DNA from: a bacterium
GTDB taxonomy: Bacteria > Cyanobacteriota > Vampirovibrionia > Gastranaerophilales > JBAXKC01
Length of the DNA: 64,000 nt
Assembly: GCA_037137535.1 (NCBI GenBank)
Contig: JBAXKC010000001.1
Coordinates: forward strand, 128,001 to 192,000
Direction of reading: 5' to 3'
Shown: positions 1 through 9,491 of the stretch, piece after piece
Position numbering within the stretch: the stretch's first letter is position 1
How the letters are laid out: each line of letters starts with the position of its first letter
Notes under the pieces: model-generated
What the model saw: only the letters and a program-made list of their open reading frames with translations
The model's database searches: none
Told to the model about the DNA's origin: nothing
Made by a program: the position numbers and the translations under genes

Positions 1-165
1 CCCTAAAATACCATTAAAGCCCATGTAACCTTTGGCAATTTCAAAATCTGTATTGCAGACTCCGGCAATTAACACTTTCACCAGAGCTTCTCCAACTTTC
101 AATTCAGGATTTTTATATTCATAGTTAAGTTTTACGTCTTGTCCGTCAAATTCAATTGCTCTCAT
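1..165 (-). CDS. Zinc-dependent alcohol dehydrogenase (MDR family), 5' part only; runs off the window start
   Basis: Manual translation MRAIEFDGQDVKLNYEYKNPELKVGEALVKVLIAGVCNTDFEIAKGYMGFNGILG; GxCxTD zinc-ligand motif; ATG overlaps the upstream gene's stop (TAATG). Confidence 0.85.
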   Translation of the reverse strand, partial: MRAIEFDGQDVKLNYEYKNPELKVGEALVKVLIAGVCNTDFEIAKGYMGFNGILG

Positions 166-869
166 TATTTTTCCACCTTTGCAACCTGCTGAGCCATACT
201 TTCAAAAATATAATTATAATTTTTAATCTCTGAATATCCTAATTCTTTTAATATTTTTACCATTTTATGCTGTGAAGGATAATCTGCGGCAGAATCAGAG
301 AGATAATTATAAGGAGAATACTGTTTGTTTTTTATAAAAAATCCCGCTATTAAAGGCATTATACGACTAAAATAACAGTTAAAAAAAGGCATTAATATGA
401 CATTAGGTTTTCCAACATCTAATATCGACAAAATACCATTATTTTTTAAAACCCTTTTAATCTCGATTAATCCTTTTTCAATACTTTCAAGGTTTCTAAG
501 TCCGAAACTTATAAATACAGCATCAAAACTGTTATCTTCAAACGGCAAATTTAGTGCATCCGCTTGAATAAACTCTATATTATTATTTTTAATTCTTTTT
601 TTTGCAATATTCAACATATTTTCAGAATAATCAACAGCTTTAATTCCTGAAAAAGGATATTTCTTGGCCAAAATCATAGAAATATCACCTGTTCCCGCAC
701 ACAAATCAAGAATATCAGCATTTTCTGAAAGTTTAACCTGTTCTACCGCTTTTATTTTAATAAATTTATGTTGTCCAAAACTAATAACATAATTTAAAAA
801 ATCATATTGCGAAGCAATAGAATTAAACATTTCCTTAACAAATACAGATTTAGGTTTATTCAAAAACAA
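165..869 (-). CDS. ubiE: Ubiquinone/menaquinone biosynthesis C-methyltransferase (UbiE/MenG family)
   Basis: VKEMFNSIASQYDFLN, ILDLCAGTGD SAM-binding motif, DALNLPFEDNSFD, ISFGLRN. Confidence 0.9.
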   Translation of the reverse strand: MFLNKPKSVFVKEMFNSIASQYDFLNYVISFGQHKFIKIKAVEQVKLSENADILDLCAGTGDISMILAKKYPFSGIKAVDYSENMLNIAKKRIKNNNIEFIQADALNLPFEDNSFDAVFISFGLRNLESIEKGLIEIKRVLKNNGILSILDVGKPNVILMPFFNCYFSRIMPLIAGFFIKNKQYSPYNYLSDSAADYPSQHKMVKILKELGYSEIKNYNYIFESMAQQVAKVEK

Positions 870-930
870 GACGGTTTTCTCACATTTCTGATATTATAAA
901 ATTAAGCATATAATAAAATTGTAATACAAA

Positions 931-1280
931 AGCAAGTAGCATAGATGATCGCGGATGCATTTGCATCTGAGGAAAGTCCGGGCACCATAGGGCAGACCGC
1001 CGGATAACTCCCGGTACAGGCGACTGTGAGGATAGTGCCACAGAAATGATAACCGCCGATGACGCTAAATTTTAGCGAACAGGTAAGGGTGCAACGGTGG
1101 TGTAAGAGACCACCGGGGATGTTGAGAAACATCTGCCAGGTAAACCCCGGTCGGTGCAAGGTTAAATTGAGAATAAAAGACGGCCCGTTATTTCTCAGGT
1201 AAACCGCTAGAAGTGTTTGGAAACAACCACTCCAGATAGATGATCATTGATACAGAACCCGGCTTATTGGCTACTTGCTT
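931..1280 (+). ncRNA. rnpB: RNase P RNA (bacterial type A); ends approximate
   Basis: GAGGAAAGTCCGGGC near 5' end, AGTGCCACAGAAA, GGGTGCAACGGTGGTGTAAGAG, GGTAAACCCC, ACAGAACCCGGCTTA near 3' end; complementary termini; GC-rich island. Confidence 0.98.
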
Positions 1281-1310
1281 TTGTATTAAGACAATTACGG
1301 AAATAATTGT

Positions 1311-1673
1311 ATGTTTAAAATGTCACAAAGTGAATTTTTTGAAGTCGGATCAATTTTTGCAGTCTTTTCCTTAGCTTTTTATACACTTATTCCATATATT
1401 TTAAATTTAAATTTAATTTTTATACCTTTTCATTTTTATAAACTTGTAAGCGGCCTATTTTTAATTGCTACAATGTTTTTTTATATTAACAGCCTAAGTT
1501 TTGCCGCAAAACAAATTAAATTTTTTGGAATTATCTTCTTTTTGTTTGGATTATTTCAAATCTGTTTTGCTACAGCTATATCGGGGCTAAGTTTAGTTGA
1601 AAAAATAATACCTCTATTAATCGGTCTTTTTCTTTTTTTTATCAACAAAATATTCAAAATTTGTACAAATTAA
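1311..1673 (+). CDS. Hypothetical small membrane protein
   Basis: 120 aa ORF with about four hydrophobic segments. Confidence 0.55.
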   Translation: MFKMSQSEFFEVGSIFAVFSLAFYTLIPYILNLNLIFIPFHFYKLVSGLFLIATMFFYINSLSFAAKQIKFFGIIFFLFGLFQICFATAISGLSLVEKIIPLLIGLFLFFINKIFKICTN

Positions 1674-1737
1674 CTAAAAGTATTATTTGAAATCATCAAA
1701 AAACCTACTATTAGTTAATCAAGTTCTATACCTCCAG

Positions 1738-2751
1738 TTATGTATTAAAAGCTGGATATATATTTCCATTATACTTACTGGGTTTATATGGTTGATTTAT
1801 TTTGAACTGTTTGTAGGCTTTATCATTTATTATTTCTTTCTCTCCATCAAAACACCACAGATAAATAAAGTTATTCTTTTTGAGTAAAGAATACCATTTC
1901 TTAACTGTAGGATAGTACTTTGAATTTTTATTTTTTACAAGAAATGTCTCATAGCTTTTTTTGAGTTCAGGGACTATTTCACCTTTCTCACTGTAACTAT
2001 ATTTCGGAAATATATAAGAATTAAAATAGTCACTGATTTTAGCTTTTAATTCATTGATTTCTGGGAAACTGGGATATTTATTAATAAAATTTTCCCATAA
2101 TATAATTTGTTTTCTTAGTTTATCATCAGCACCTGGCTCATCTTCTGAATAGCCATAACCTAATTGATTTTGCTCAATTAATCTCAATTTTAAAAATTCT
2201 TGCCACATTGGACTTAAATAGCTAGAAAAGTTCTTTTTTAAAAAATCCGCATCGTCATACAAACTAAAACTTGCTTCATAAAGCCAAACATTATACCCTT
2301 TGGCCTTATAGAATTTATATACATCACTATCTATATCTTGTTGCTTATCTGTATCATAATCCTTGGGCTTATACTTATTTGAATACTTGAAATATATATC
2401 TAAAGTATTTTCTCCATCAAGTATACGGCAGGTTTTAAAATAAAAATCCCTGTAGCATTTAAATGCCATATCTTTATATTTTTGCTCTTGAGTATTCGAG
2501 AAAAATTTTAAATATTTATCTTTAGCATTGATTACTGAATTTGGATTATCCACTGGCAGTTTAGCAATATATTGCTTGTATTTAACCAACTTTTCATAAC
2601 CATTTACTGAATTTATAACCTGAATATTATTTTTGTTTGATGTTAATACTTCTGAGAGAACATAATCAGCATGCTTATTACATAGAGAAGGATTTAAAGA
2701 TGCTGCTATAGCTAAAATAACTAATAATAAAGAGTTTCTTTTCAAAATCAA
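1738..2751 (-). CDS. Hypothetical exported protein
   Basis: 337 aa ORF with signal-peptide-like N-terminus; AAGGAAGG upstream; true start may be the second TTG. Confidence 0.7.
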   Translation of the reverse strand: MILKRNSLLLVILAIAASLNPSLCNKHADYVLSEVLTSNKNNIQVINSVNGYEKLVKYKQYIAKLPVDNPNSVINAKDKYLKFFSNTQEQKYKDMAFKCYRDFYFKTCRILDGENTLDIYFKYSNKYKPKDYDTDKQQDIDSDVYKFYKAKGYNVWLYEASFSLYDDADFLKKNFSSYLSPMWQEFLKLRLIEQNQLGYGYSEDEPGADDKLRKQIILWENFINKYPSFPEINELKAKISDYFNSYIFPKYSYSEKGEIVPELKKSYETFLVKNKNSKYYPTVKKWYSLLKKNNFIYLWCFDGEKEIINDKAYKQFKINQPYKPSKYNGNIYPAFNT

Positions 2752-2920
2752 CCTTCCTTACTTATGAATATTAAACATTTATAACAAAAATATTATAAAT
2801 GCATTTGCAACTCAATGATTTAAAATGGCTTAATGATAAGTCCTTTGCTATTTGAAGTTAATAATAATATAATTAAAAAAATAATAGTCATAACAGACTG
2901 ATGAAATAAGGATTTTACTT

Positions 2921-4231
2921 ATGCCTTCGACCGATAAACATTTAACAAGCCATAAATCATTAGTAATTAATACTTTATGGAGTTTCATAGCACAGGGACT
3001 ACCTATGCTTGTTGCTGTATTTACAATTCCTTTTATAATTAAAGGCTTTGGTACGGCACGTTTTAGTATTTTAACCTTAGTTTGGGCGATTATAGGTTAT
3101 TCCAGTCTTTTTGACTTTGGACTCGGAAGAGCTTTAACTCAACTGGTTTCAAAGAAAATAGGTCAGTCTGACACAGAAGATATGCCTATAGTGATTTGGA
3201 CAGCTTTAATCGTTATAAATATTTTAGGGGCAATCGGCTCGGCTATTGTCTTCTTTTTAAGCCCTTATATCGTTACTCATTTATTAAAAGTACCTCATGA
3301 CTATATTAAAGAAACTACTTATTCTATGTGGTATCTTGCCGCGTCTCTTCCTTTATTGATAAATATTGTCTGTTTAAAAGGGATATTAGAAGCTTATCAA
3401 AAATTTAAAACATTAAGTTTTCTTAGATTACCTGTAGTGATTTTTAACTATATAGGTCCTTTAGCAGTTTTACCTTTTACTCATGACCTGTCGGTAACAG
3501 TTGCAATGCTTGTTGTTGGAAGATTTATAACCTTTATTTTCCATGTAATTGCCTGCGGCTCTTTAATAAAAGGATTATTTAAAAAGATTGCTTTTGATAA
3601 AAGCTATATAAAACCATTAATGAGCTTTGGAAGCTGGATAACGGTTAGTAATATAATTAATCCAATAATGGTTTATATGGATAGATTTTTTATTGCTAAT
3701 ATTATATCTGCGGTTGTCGTTGCATATTATGTAACTCCTCATGAAGTTATTAACAAACTTTGGACGATCTCCGCATCAATTAACGGTGTTATTTTCCCCG
3801 CTTTAACTACAGAATATTACAGGGACATTAAAAAAGCCGAAGATATTTACCATAAAGCACTTAAATACTCTTCGATTATAATGCTCATACCTGTTTTAAT
3901 AATTTTCTTCTTTGCAAAAATCGGATTAACTTTATGGATTAATGCAGAATTTGCGGAAAAAAGTTACAGAATAGCACAAGTACTGGCTATCGGGACATTT
4001 ATCTATTCAATAAATCAAATATCTTATAGTCTGGTACAATCCACAGGTCGATCTGACATTACCGCTAAGTTACATATGATTGAAGTTCCTATTTACCTGT
4101 TCGCATTATGGACTTTCATTAAACACTTCGGACTTGTCGGAGCGGCTTATGCATGGGTTCTCAGAATTTTTATAGACTCCGTATTACTTTTTATAATTGC
4201 TCATCTGTTGATTAAGGATAAAAAACAATGA
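2921..4231 (+). CDS. Wzx-like polysaccharide flippase
   Basis: 436 aa with many TM segments; FDFGLGRAL, YMDRFFI and FGLVGAAYAW motifs. Confidence 0.9.
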   Translation: MPSTDKHLTSHKSLVINTLWSFIAQGLPMLVAVFTIPFIIKGFGTARFSILTLVWAIIGYSSLFDFGLGRALTQLVSKKIGQSDTEDMPIVIWTALIVINILGAIGSAIVFFLSPYIVTHLLKVPHDYIKETTYSMWYLAASLPLLINIVCLKGILEAYQKFKTLSFLRLPVVIFNYIGPLAVLPFTHDLSVTVAMLVVGRFITFIFHVIACGSLIKGLFKKIAFDKSYIKPLMSFGSWITVSNIINPIMVYMDRFFIANIISAVVVAYYVTPHEVINKLWTISASINGVIFPALTTEYYRDIKKAEDIYHKALKYSSIIMLIPVLIIFFFAKIGLTLWINAEFAEKSYRIAQVLAIGTFIYSINQISYSLVQSTGRSDITAKLHMIEVPIYLFALWTFIKHFGLVGAAYAWVLRIFIDSVLLFIIAHLLIKDKKQ

Positions 4232-4686
4232 AAAAAAAGTTCCGAATACTAATGGCTTCTCTTTTTATAGTGGCTATCGTAATAATAAGTCTTCTTTTTC
4301 TTTTAGCTGATAATTGGAATGTTTTATTTAATACTCAAAGTTTAAAAGAGATGGAAAAACAACATTTTGGTGGCATTCTTATTAATAACACGACCAAAAC
4401 TATTGAAATAACTGATAATAATGCGATAAGAAAAATAACTGCCGGCTCAAAATCAAGAGATCAAGGAATATTTGATGTAGACAGTGTTATTATAAATAAA
4501 CCAACAAAATTTGAAGGTGAAATTTATACGCATGGTGTAGTAAAATTTTGTGATTTTTCCAGTATTACAGTTATTACTAAAGGGAAGATTAATGAGTTAA
4601 AACCATCCTTTTCATATAACTTATGCCATCTTTTTGAAGAAGTAGGCTGGAAAAGCCGAGTAGGTGACGGATATGTTAAAATGTAA
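4228..4686 (+). CDS. Hypothetical protein with N-terminal membrane anchor
   Basis: ATGA overlap with the flippase gene; N-terminal hydrophobic helix. Confidence 0.65.
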   Translation: MKKKFRILMASLFIVAIVIISLLFLLADNWNVLFNTQSLKEMEKQHFGGILINNTTKTIEITDNNAIRKITAGSKSRDQGIFDVDSVIINKPTKFEGEIYTHGVVKFCDFSSITVITKGKINELKPSFSYNLCHLFEEVGWKSRVGDGYVKM

Positions 4687-4713
4687 TTTAGCCGGTTAAA
4701 AGAAAAAATCCAA

Positions 4714-5967
4714 ATGAAAATACTTTTTATTAATAATTTTTTTAGCGAATATGGCGGAACTGAAACTGTTATGTACGAACAAGCAGTTAAACTTAGAGAA
4801 AAAGGCCATGAAGTTTTATTTTTTGCGACTGACAAAAAACCTTTTCTTGAAAAAGAGTATGAATTTTCATCATATTTCCCTAAATTTACAAATTATCGAT
4901 CAAAAAAAGTGTTATTAAATATATTCAATATTATTAAACCTTTTTATAATTTTGAAGCACAAAGAAAACTAAATAAATTTTTAAAAGTAACAAAACCCGA
5001 TGTTATTCATTGTCATAATATTTATTACCATTTAACTCCTTCAATATTAAAAGTCTGTAAAAAAAACAATATTCCTGTTGTTATGACAATAAATGATACA
5101 AGACTTATATGCCCTGCGGGAACGCTACTTCAGGAAGGTAAAATATATTGTGATGAGGAGCTATGCAGCTCTTACAAAAATCCATTTTACTGTGTATTGT
5201 ACGAATGCAAAAATGGGAAGTTCTTACAGAGTTTAATAGTCGCCGTTGAAGCTTATTTTGTTAAAAAATTCAAATTTTATAATGCGGTTTCTGCTTTTGT
5301 CTGTCCCTCTATGGCCTTATTGGAACTGGCAAAAAGATCAGGATTTGAAAAGAAAAAACTTCGATTATTACATAATTTCATTCCCGATTCCTATATTTTA
5401 AATAAGCATATTTATACTCAACAAGATTATTTTCTTTATGCAGGACGAATATCTGAAGAAAAAGGGGTTAATGACTTAATCCTTGCATTTGAAAAACTGC
5501 CTGATATTCCATTAAGAATAGCTGGTTCAGGCCCTGAAGAAATAGAGTTAAGGCTATATTGCGAACAAAAACAATTAAAGAATATTCAATTTATTGGAAG
5601 TTTAAACAAAGAAGAATTAACAGAGCAATATCAGAACTGTATAGCACTACTTCAGCCTTCAGTCTGGTTTGAGACTTTTGGAATGAGCATACTAGAGGCA
5701 TTTGCCTGCGGAAAACCCGTTATTGCAAATGACAGAGGAGCAATTTCAGAATTAGTAGAAAGAAGAGTCACAGGTTTATTATTACATTCTCATAATACTG
5801 ACTTATTAGAACAATATATAAGATTATTATGGAATGATAAAGAATTTGCCCGACAAATGGGCAGAAACGCAAGAAAAAAAGCAGAAAATTACAGTAGCGA
5901 AAATCATATTAATAATCTTTTGGAAATTTATGAATCAGTAATAAAAGCGGAAACTTTTTTCAATTAA
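4714..5967 (+). CDS. Glycosyltransferase family 4
   Basis: MKILFINNF..GGTE, YAGRISEEKG, ETFGMSILEAFACGKPVI. Confidence 0.92.
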   Translation: MKILFINNFFSEYGGTETVMYEQAVKLREKGHEVLFFATDKKPFLEKEYEFSSYFPKFTNYRSKKVLLNIFNIIKPFYNFEAQRKLNKFLKVTKPDVIHCHNIYYHLTPSILKVCKKNNIPVVMTINDTRLICPAGTLLQEGKIYCDEELCSSYKNPFYCVLYECKNGKFLQSLIVAVEAYFVKKFKFYNAVSAFVCPSMALLELAKRSGFEKKKLRLLHNFIPDSYILNKHIYTQQDYFLYAGRISEEKGVNDLILAFEKLPDIPLRIAGSGPEEIELRLYCEQKQLKNIQFIGSLNKEELTEQYQNCIALLQPSVWFETFGMSILEAFACGKPVIANDRGAISELVERRVTGLLLHSHNTDLLEQYIRLLWNDKEFARQMGRNARKKAENYSSENHINNLLEIYESVIKAETFFN

Positions 5968-6094
5968 TGTAATCTATCACCCAGTTGTGATTAAAGCATT
6001 CTGAAGTTTTGCTCAAAATGTGGAAAGTCACTAAATTATTGATATATCTAACTACGTGAATATACTATAAATTTCAACTTGGAGATAAAAATTA

Positions 6095-7248
6095 ATGAAA
6101 AAAATAATAAGTTTATTGTTAATAACATTATTATTGAGCTTTTCGATCTCAGGATGCAGTCTTGCTAAACAATTATATAAATGCGAAGGAAAAATGAAAA
6201 TTGAAAGAGCAGATCATACCGCAACTCTTTTAAAAGATGGTCGAATACTTATAACTGGAGGAAAAAATCATAATGAAGCTGATCGCTACCCTGCTTCGGC
6301 TGAAATATTTGACCCAGTTACTCTAAAATCACACAAAACAGGCAAAAGGAATGTCTCTAGAATGTTCGCCTCAGCTGTCTTATTGAATGATGGCAGAGTT
6401 CTTATAACTGGAGGTATGAATTTTTTAAATCTGAAACAAAATTACACGGTGTTTTAAGTGCAGAAATATTTGATCCAAAAACTGAGACTTTTAGCCTAAC
6501 AAAGAACAAAATGAATGAAGTTAATTTTGACCATACATCCATTGTCTTAAGAGATGGAAGAGTGTTAGTTATAGCAGGTGCACAGTGCGATGTAATAGAA
6601 ATCTATGATCCTAAAACAGAAACTTTTAAGACGGTGAAATATAGGTATCGTCGACAAGATGCAGCTGCTTCTATTATGCAAGATGGAAAAGTATTAATAA
6701 GCGGTGGAAATGATGAAATATATAATAAAATTTTAAAACAACGAGAACGATTTACTGATACAGAAATATTTGATCCTAAAACTGATGAGCTGAAGCCTGC
6801 TGCCAAGATGAATTATTATAAATATGTTTCAAAATCTATTTTACTTAATGACGGTAGAGTTTTTATTGAAGGTTATTCTATGGCAGAAATCTATGATCCT
6901 GTAAAAGATAAATTTGATTATATAGATAACAAAATAGAAGAAATAACTGATAAATATATCGATATCTTTAAACTTAAAGATGGAAAAGTATTAATGATAG
7001 GTGATATCGGTGGATACGGACCACATACGGATTTTAATAAAACTTTCGGAATTTTTGATCCTGAAACTAATACAGTAATACTTTACAAAGATAAAATTAA
7101 AATGCCATTCAACGGAAATTATGCAGCTGTTTTATTAAATGACGGAGAAACTCTTGCTGTAATAGGTGGATACAATGAAGCCTGCCATGTCCTTAAAACT
7201 ATTAGTTTATATAACATTTACAAAATTATTAATAATATACAAGAATAA
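6095..7248 (+). pseudogene. Exported Kelch-repeat beta-propeller protein split by a -1 frameshift near 6412-6455
   Basis: Repeats HTATLLKDGRILITGG...AEIFDP in both ORFs; the -1 frame reads KSETKLHGVLSAEIFDPKTETF directly into ORF 6511..7248. Confidence 0.85.
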
Positions 7249-7285
7249 TTGATTTTTAAATACAAAATTTTCAGATTTTACAACT

Positions 7286-7318
7286 AAAAAGACAGGATTT
7301 CTAAAACCCTGTCTTTTT
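7286..7318. terminator. Bidirectional intrinsic terminator
   Basis: AAAAAGACAGG..CCTGTCTTTTT between convergent genes. Confidence 0.85.
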
Positions 7319-7333
7319 ATTATTTATGATTAA

Positions 7334-8428
7334 TTAACCTTGAGGTGCGTCAACTGGCTTTTTAAGTTCTTTAATGCTAAGACCGATTCTATGCTCTTGA
7401 GGAGTGAATCTTTTGATAAGAACTTCGATATCTTGACCAACGGTTAAGATTTCAAACGGGTTGATTTGCTCATCAGCCATTTCCGCTGCAGGAAGTAATG
7501 CTTCTACTCCAGGGAAAATGTCAATAAATGCACCAAAAGAAGTGATTTTATTAACAACACCTTTAATTACTTGACCTTCTTGGAATTGTCCTTCGATTTT
7601 CACCCATGGATTTTCTTCCATTCTCTTGAGTGAAAGACTGATTCTGTTAAGTTCGAAATCGATTTTAAGAACTTTAACATCAATTTTTTGACCAAGTGTA
7701 AGAATATCTGAAGGGTGTTTAACTCTTTGCCATGAAATTTCGGAGATAGGAAGAAGTCCATCAACTCCGTTAATATCAATAAATGCACCGAAGTCAGCAA
7801 TTCTAACAACTTCACCTGAAACAACTTCATCAACTGTAAGTTTTGAAATTACTTCAACAACAAGTTTTTCTCTCTCTTCAGCAAGAGCTTGTCTTTGACT
7901 TAAGATAAGTTTATTTCTTTTTGGATCAGCTTCAAGAACTTTAACAGTAATTTCTTGTCCGATTAAACCTTCATAAGGAGTTCCTGTTCTAAGTTGACTA
8001 GCAGGAACAAATCCTCTTAAACCAAGAATTTCAACAACTACGCCACCTTTAACAAGTGAAATAATTTTTGATGTGATAGTATCTTCGTTTTGTCTGTGCT
8101 CATCAAGTTGAGACCAGCTTCTAGCAAGAGAAACTCTTTTTAAGGAAAGAGTAATTTGTCCTTCTTCATCTTCATCTCTTAAAATGTAGAATTCTTTTGA
8201 TTCACCTAAAGTAATAATACTTTCAGGACTTTGGAAAGGAACATTTGAAAGTTCTTTTAAAGGTACAATAGCTTCTGTTTTACTTCCTATATCAACAAGA
8301 ACACCTGTTTTTTCAATTTTAACAACAGTTCCCATTACAACTTCAGCTACTTTGAAGTTATATCCATAAGATTCGTTTAAAAGGCGTTCAAAATCATTAA
8401 CTTCTAATTCTTGTACTGCTTGTGCCAC
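7334..8428 (-). CDS. rpsA: 30S ribosomal protein S1 (short, four S1 domains)
   Basis: Repeated S1 motifs (DIGSKTEA, LRGFVPASQL, DFGAFIDINGVDGLL, FGAFIDIFPGVEALL); follows ispH. Confidence 0.93.
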   Translation of the reverse strand: MAQAVQELEVNDFERLLNESYGYNFKVAEVVMGTVVKIEKTGVLVDIGSKTEAIVPLKELSNVPFQSPESIITLGESKEFYILRDEDEEGQITLSLKRVSLARSWSQLDEHRQNEDTITSKIISLVKGGVVVEILGLRGFVPASQLRTGTPYEGLIGQEITVKVLEADPKRNKLILSQRQALAEEREKLVVEVISKLTVDEVVSGEVVRIADFGAFIDINGVDGLLPISEISWQRVKHPSDILTLGQKIDVKVLKIDFELNRISLSLKRMEENPWVKIEGQFQEGQVIKGVVNKITSFGAFIDIFPGVEALLPAAEMADEQINPFEILTVGQDIEVLIKRFTPQEHRIGLSIKELKKPVDAPQG

Positions 8429-8431
8429 AGT

Positions 8432-9307
8432 TTAGTCTCCTACTTTTTTTACTACATCGTCTATTACATAATCTGGAGTTGAAGCTCCCGCCGTCACTCC
8501 TATTTTTTGAGCCTTTTCTATTAGACTCATGTGCAGATCCAACTCTTCATATGTCTCTATATGAATAGCATCTGTTATAGTGCTTATTATCTCCGCTAAA
8601 TGCGTTGTATTTGCACTATTTTTACTTCCCACAACAATCATTAAATCAACTTCTTTAGCAAGTTCTTTTGCTGCAAGTTGTCTTTTATGAGTTGCATGAC
8701 AAATTGTATTATAAAGTTTTAATTCCTTTGCATATTCAGCAATAATAGGTAATATTTCTTTAAAATTCTCAACTAATTGAGTAGTCTGAATTACAATTCC
8801 GATTTTTTTACTGTTTTTAATAAGAGAAATATATTTTAAAACTTCTTCTTTTGAAGAAATCACAATAGCTTCATTCTCCGCATTCAAATCAGCATAAGCC
8901 TTAATTCCTATGACTTCGGGATGATCGGCCTTGCCTATTATAATTACCTGATAACCTTCTTTTGATAAATCCTGTGCTTTATCTTGAACTCTTTTTACGT
9001 CAGGACAAGTTGCATCAATTATCTTACAGCCCTTTGCTTTAAGCTCTGTAATTGTTTGAGGAGTTGCACCATGTGTTCTTATAATACATGTTCCGTCAAT
9101 TTTATCAGGAATTTCATCTATAGTTTTTATACCTAAAGAATTTAATTGATCAATAACCTGATTATTGTGAATTAATTGTCCCAAAATATAAACTTGTTCA
9201 TCTGGATTTTCTTTTTTAATTTTTATAGATAAATCTACAGCTCTCTTTACGCCATAACAAAAACCGGCATTTTTAGCTAACCGTATGATTTTTTTAGTGC
9301 TATTCAG
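8432..9307 (-). CDS. ispH: 4-hydroxy-3-methylbut-2-enyl diphosphate reductase; start extended to a probable CTG
   Basis: In-frame upstream LAKNAGFCYGVKRAV; IHN, HG, DATCP, HPEV, TICHAT, SKNSANT and TAGASTP motifs. Confidence 0.95.
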   Translation of the reverse strand: MNSTKKIIRLAKNAGFCYGVKRAVDLSIKIKKENPDEQVYILGQLIHNNQVIDQLNSLGIKTIDEIPDKIDGTCIIRTHGATPQTITELKAKGCKIIDATCPDVKRVQDKAQDLSKEGYQVIIIGKADHPEVIGIKAYADLNAENEAIVISSKEEVLKYISLIKNSKKIGIVIQTTQLVENFKEILPIIAEYAKELKLYNTICHATHKRQLAAKELAKEVDLMIVVGSKNSANTTHLAEIISTITDAIHIETYEELDLHMSLIEKAQKIGVTAGASTPDYVIDDVVKKVGD

Positions 9308-9387
9308 AAAAAGGTACGCTCCTAACTTTCAGATTTGCGATTTTAAATCCTTATAAGCATTATCCATGTGTTTGTTGGCTTAAATAA

Positions 9388-9427
9388 TTTATTATCACTA
9401 TATAATTTTTAACATAGTGATAATAAA
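9388..9427. repeat. 14-bp inverted repeat (terminator or operator)
   Basis: TTTATTATCACTAT-N12-ATAGTGATAATAAA. Confidence 0.6.
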
Positions 9428-9491
9428 AATTCAAATGGTTTTTATAATTCAATATGTAGTTTGTGTTTTCAGAAAAAACTGACAATCTTAT

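Noticed and set aside
902-1159. 85-aa minus-strand ORF
   Set aside because: Antisense shadow of the RNase P RNA gene
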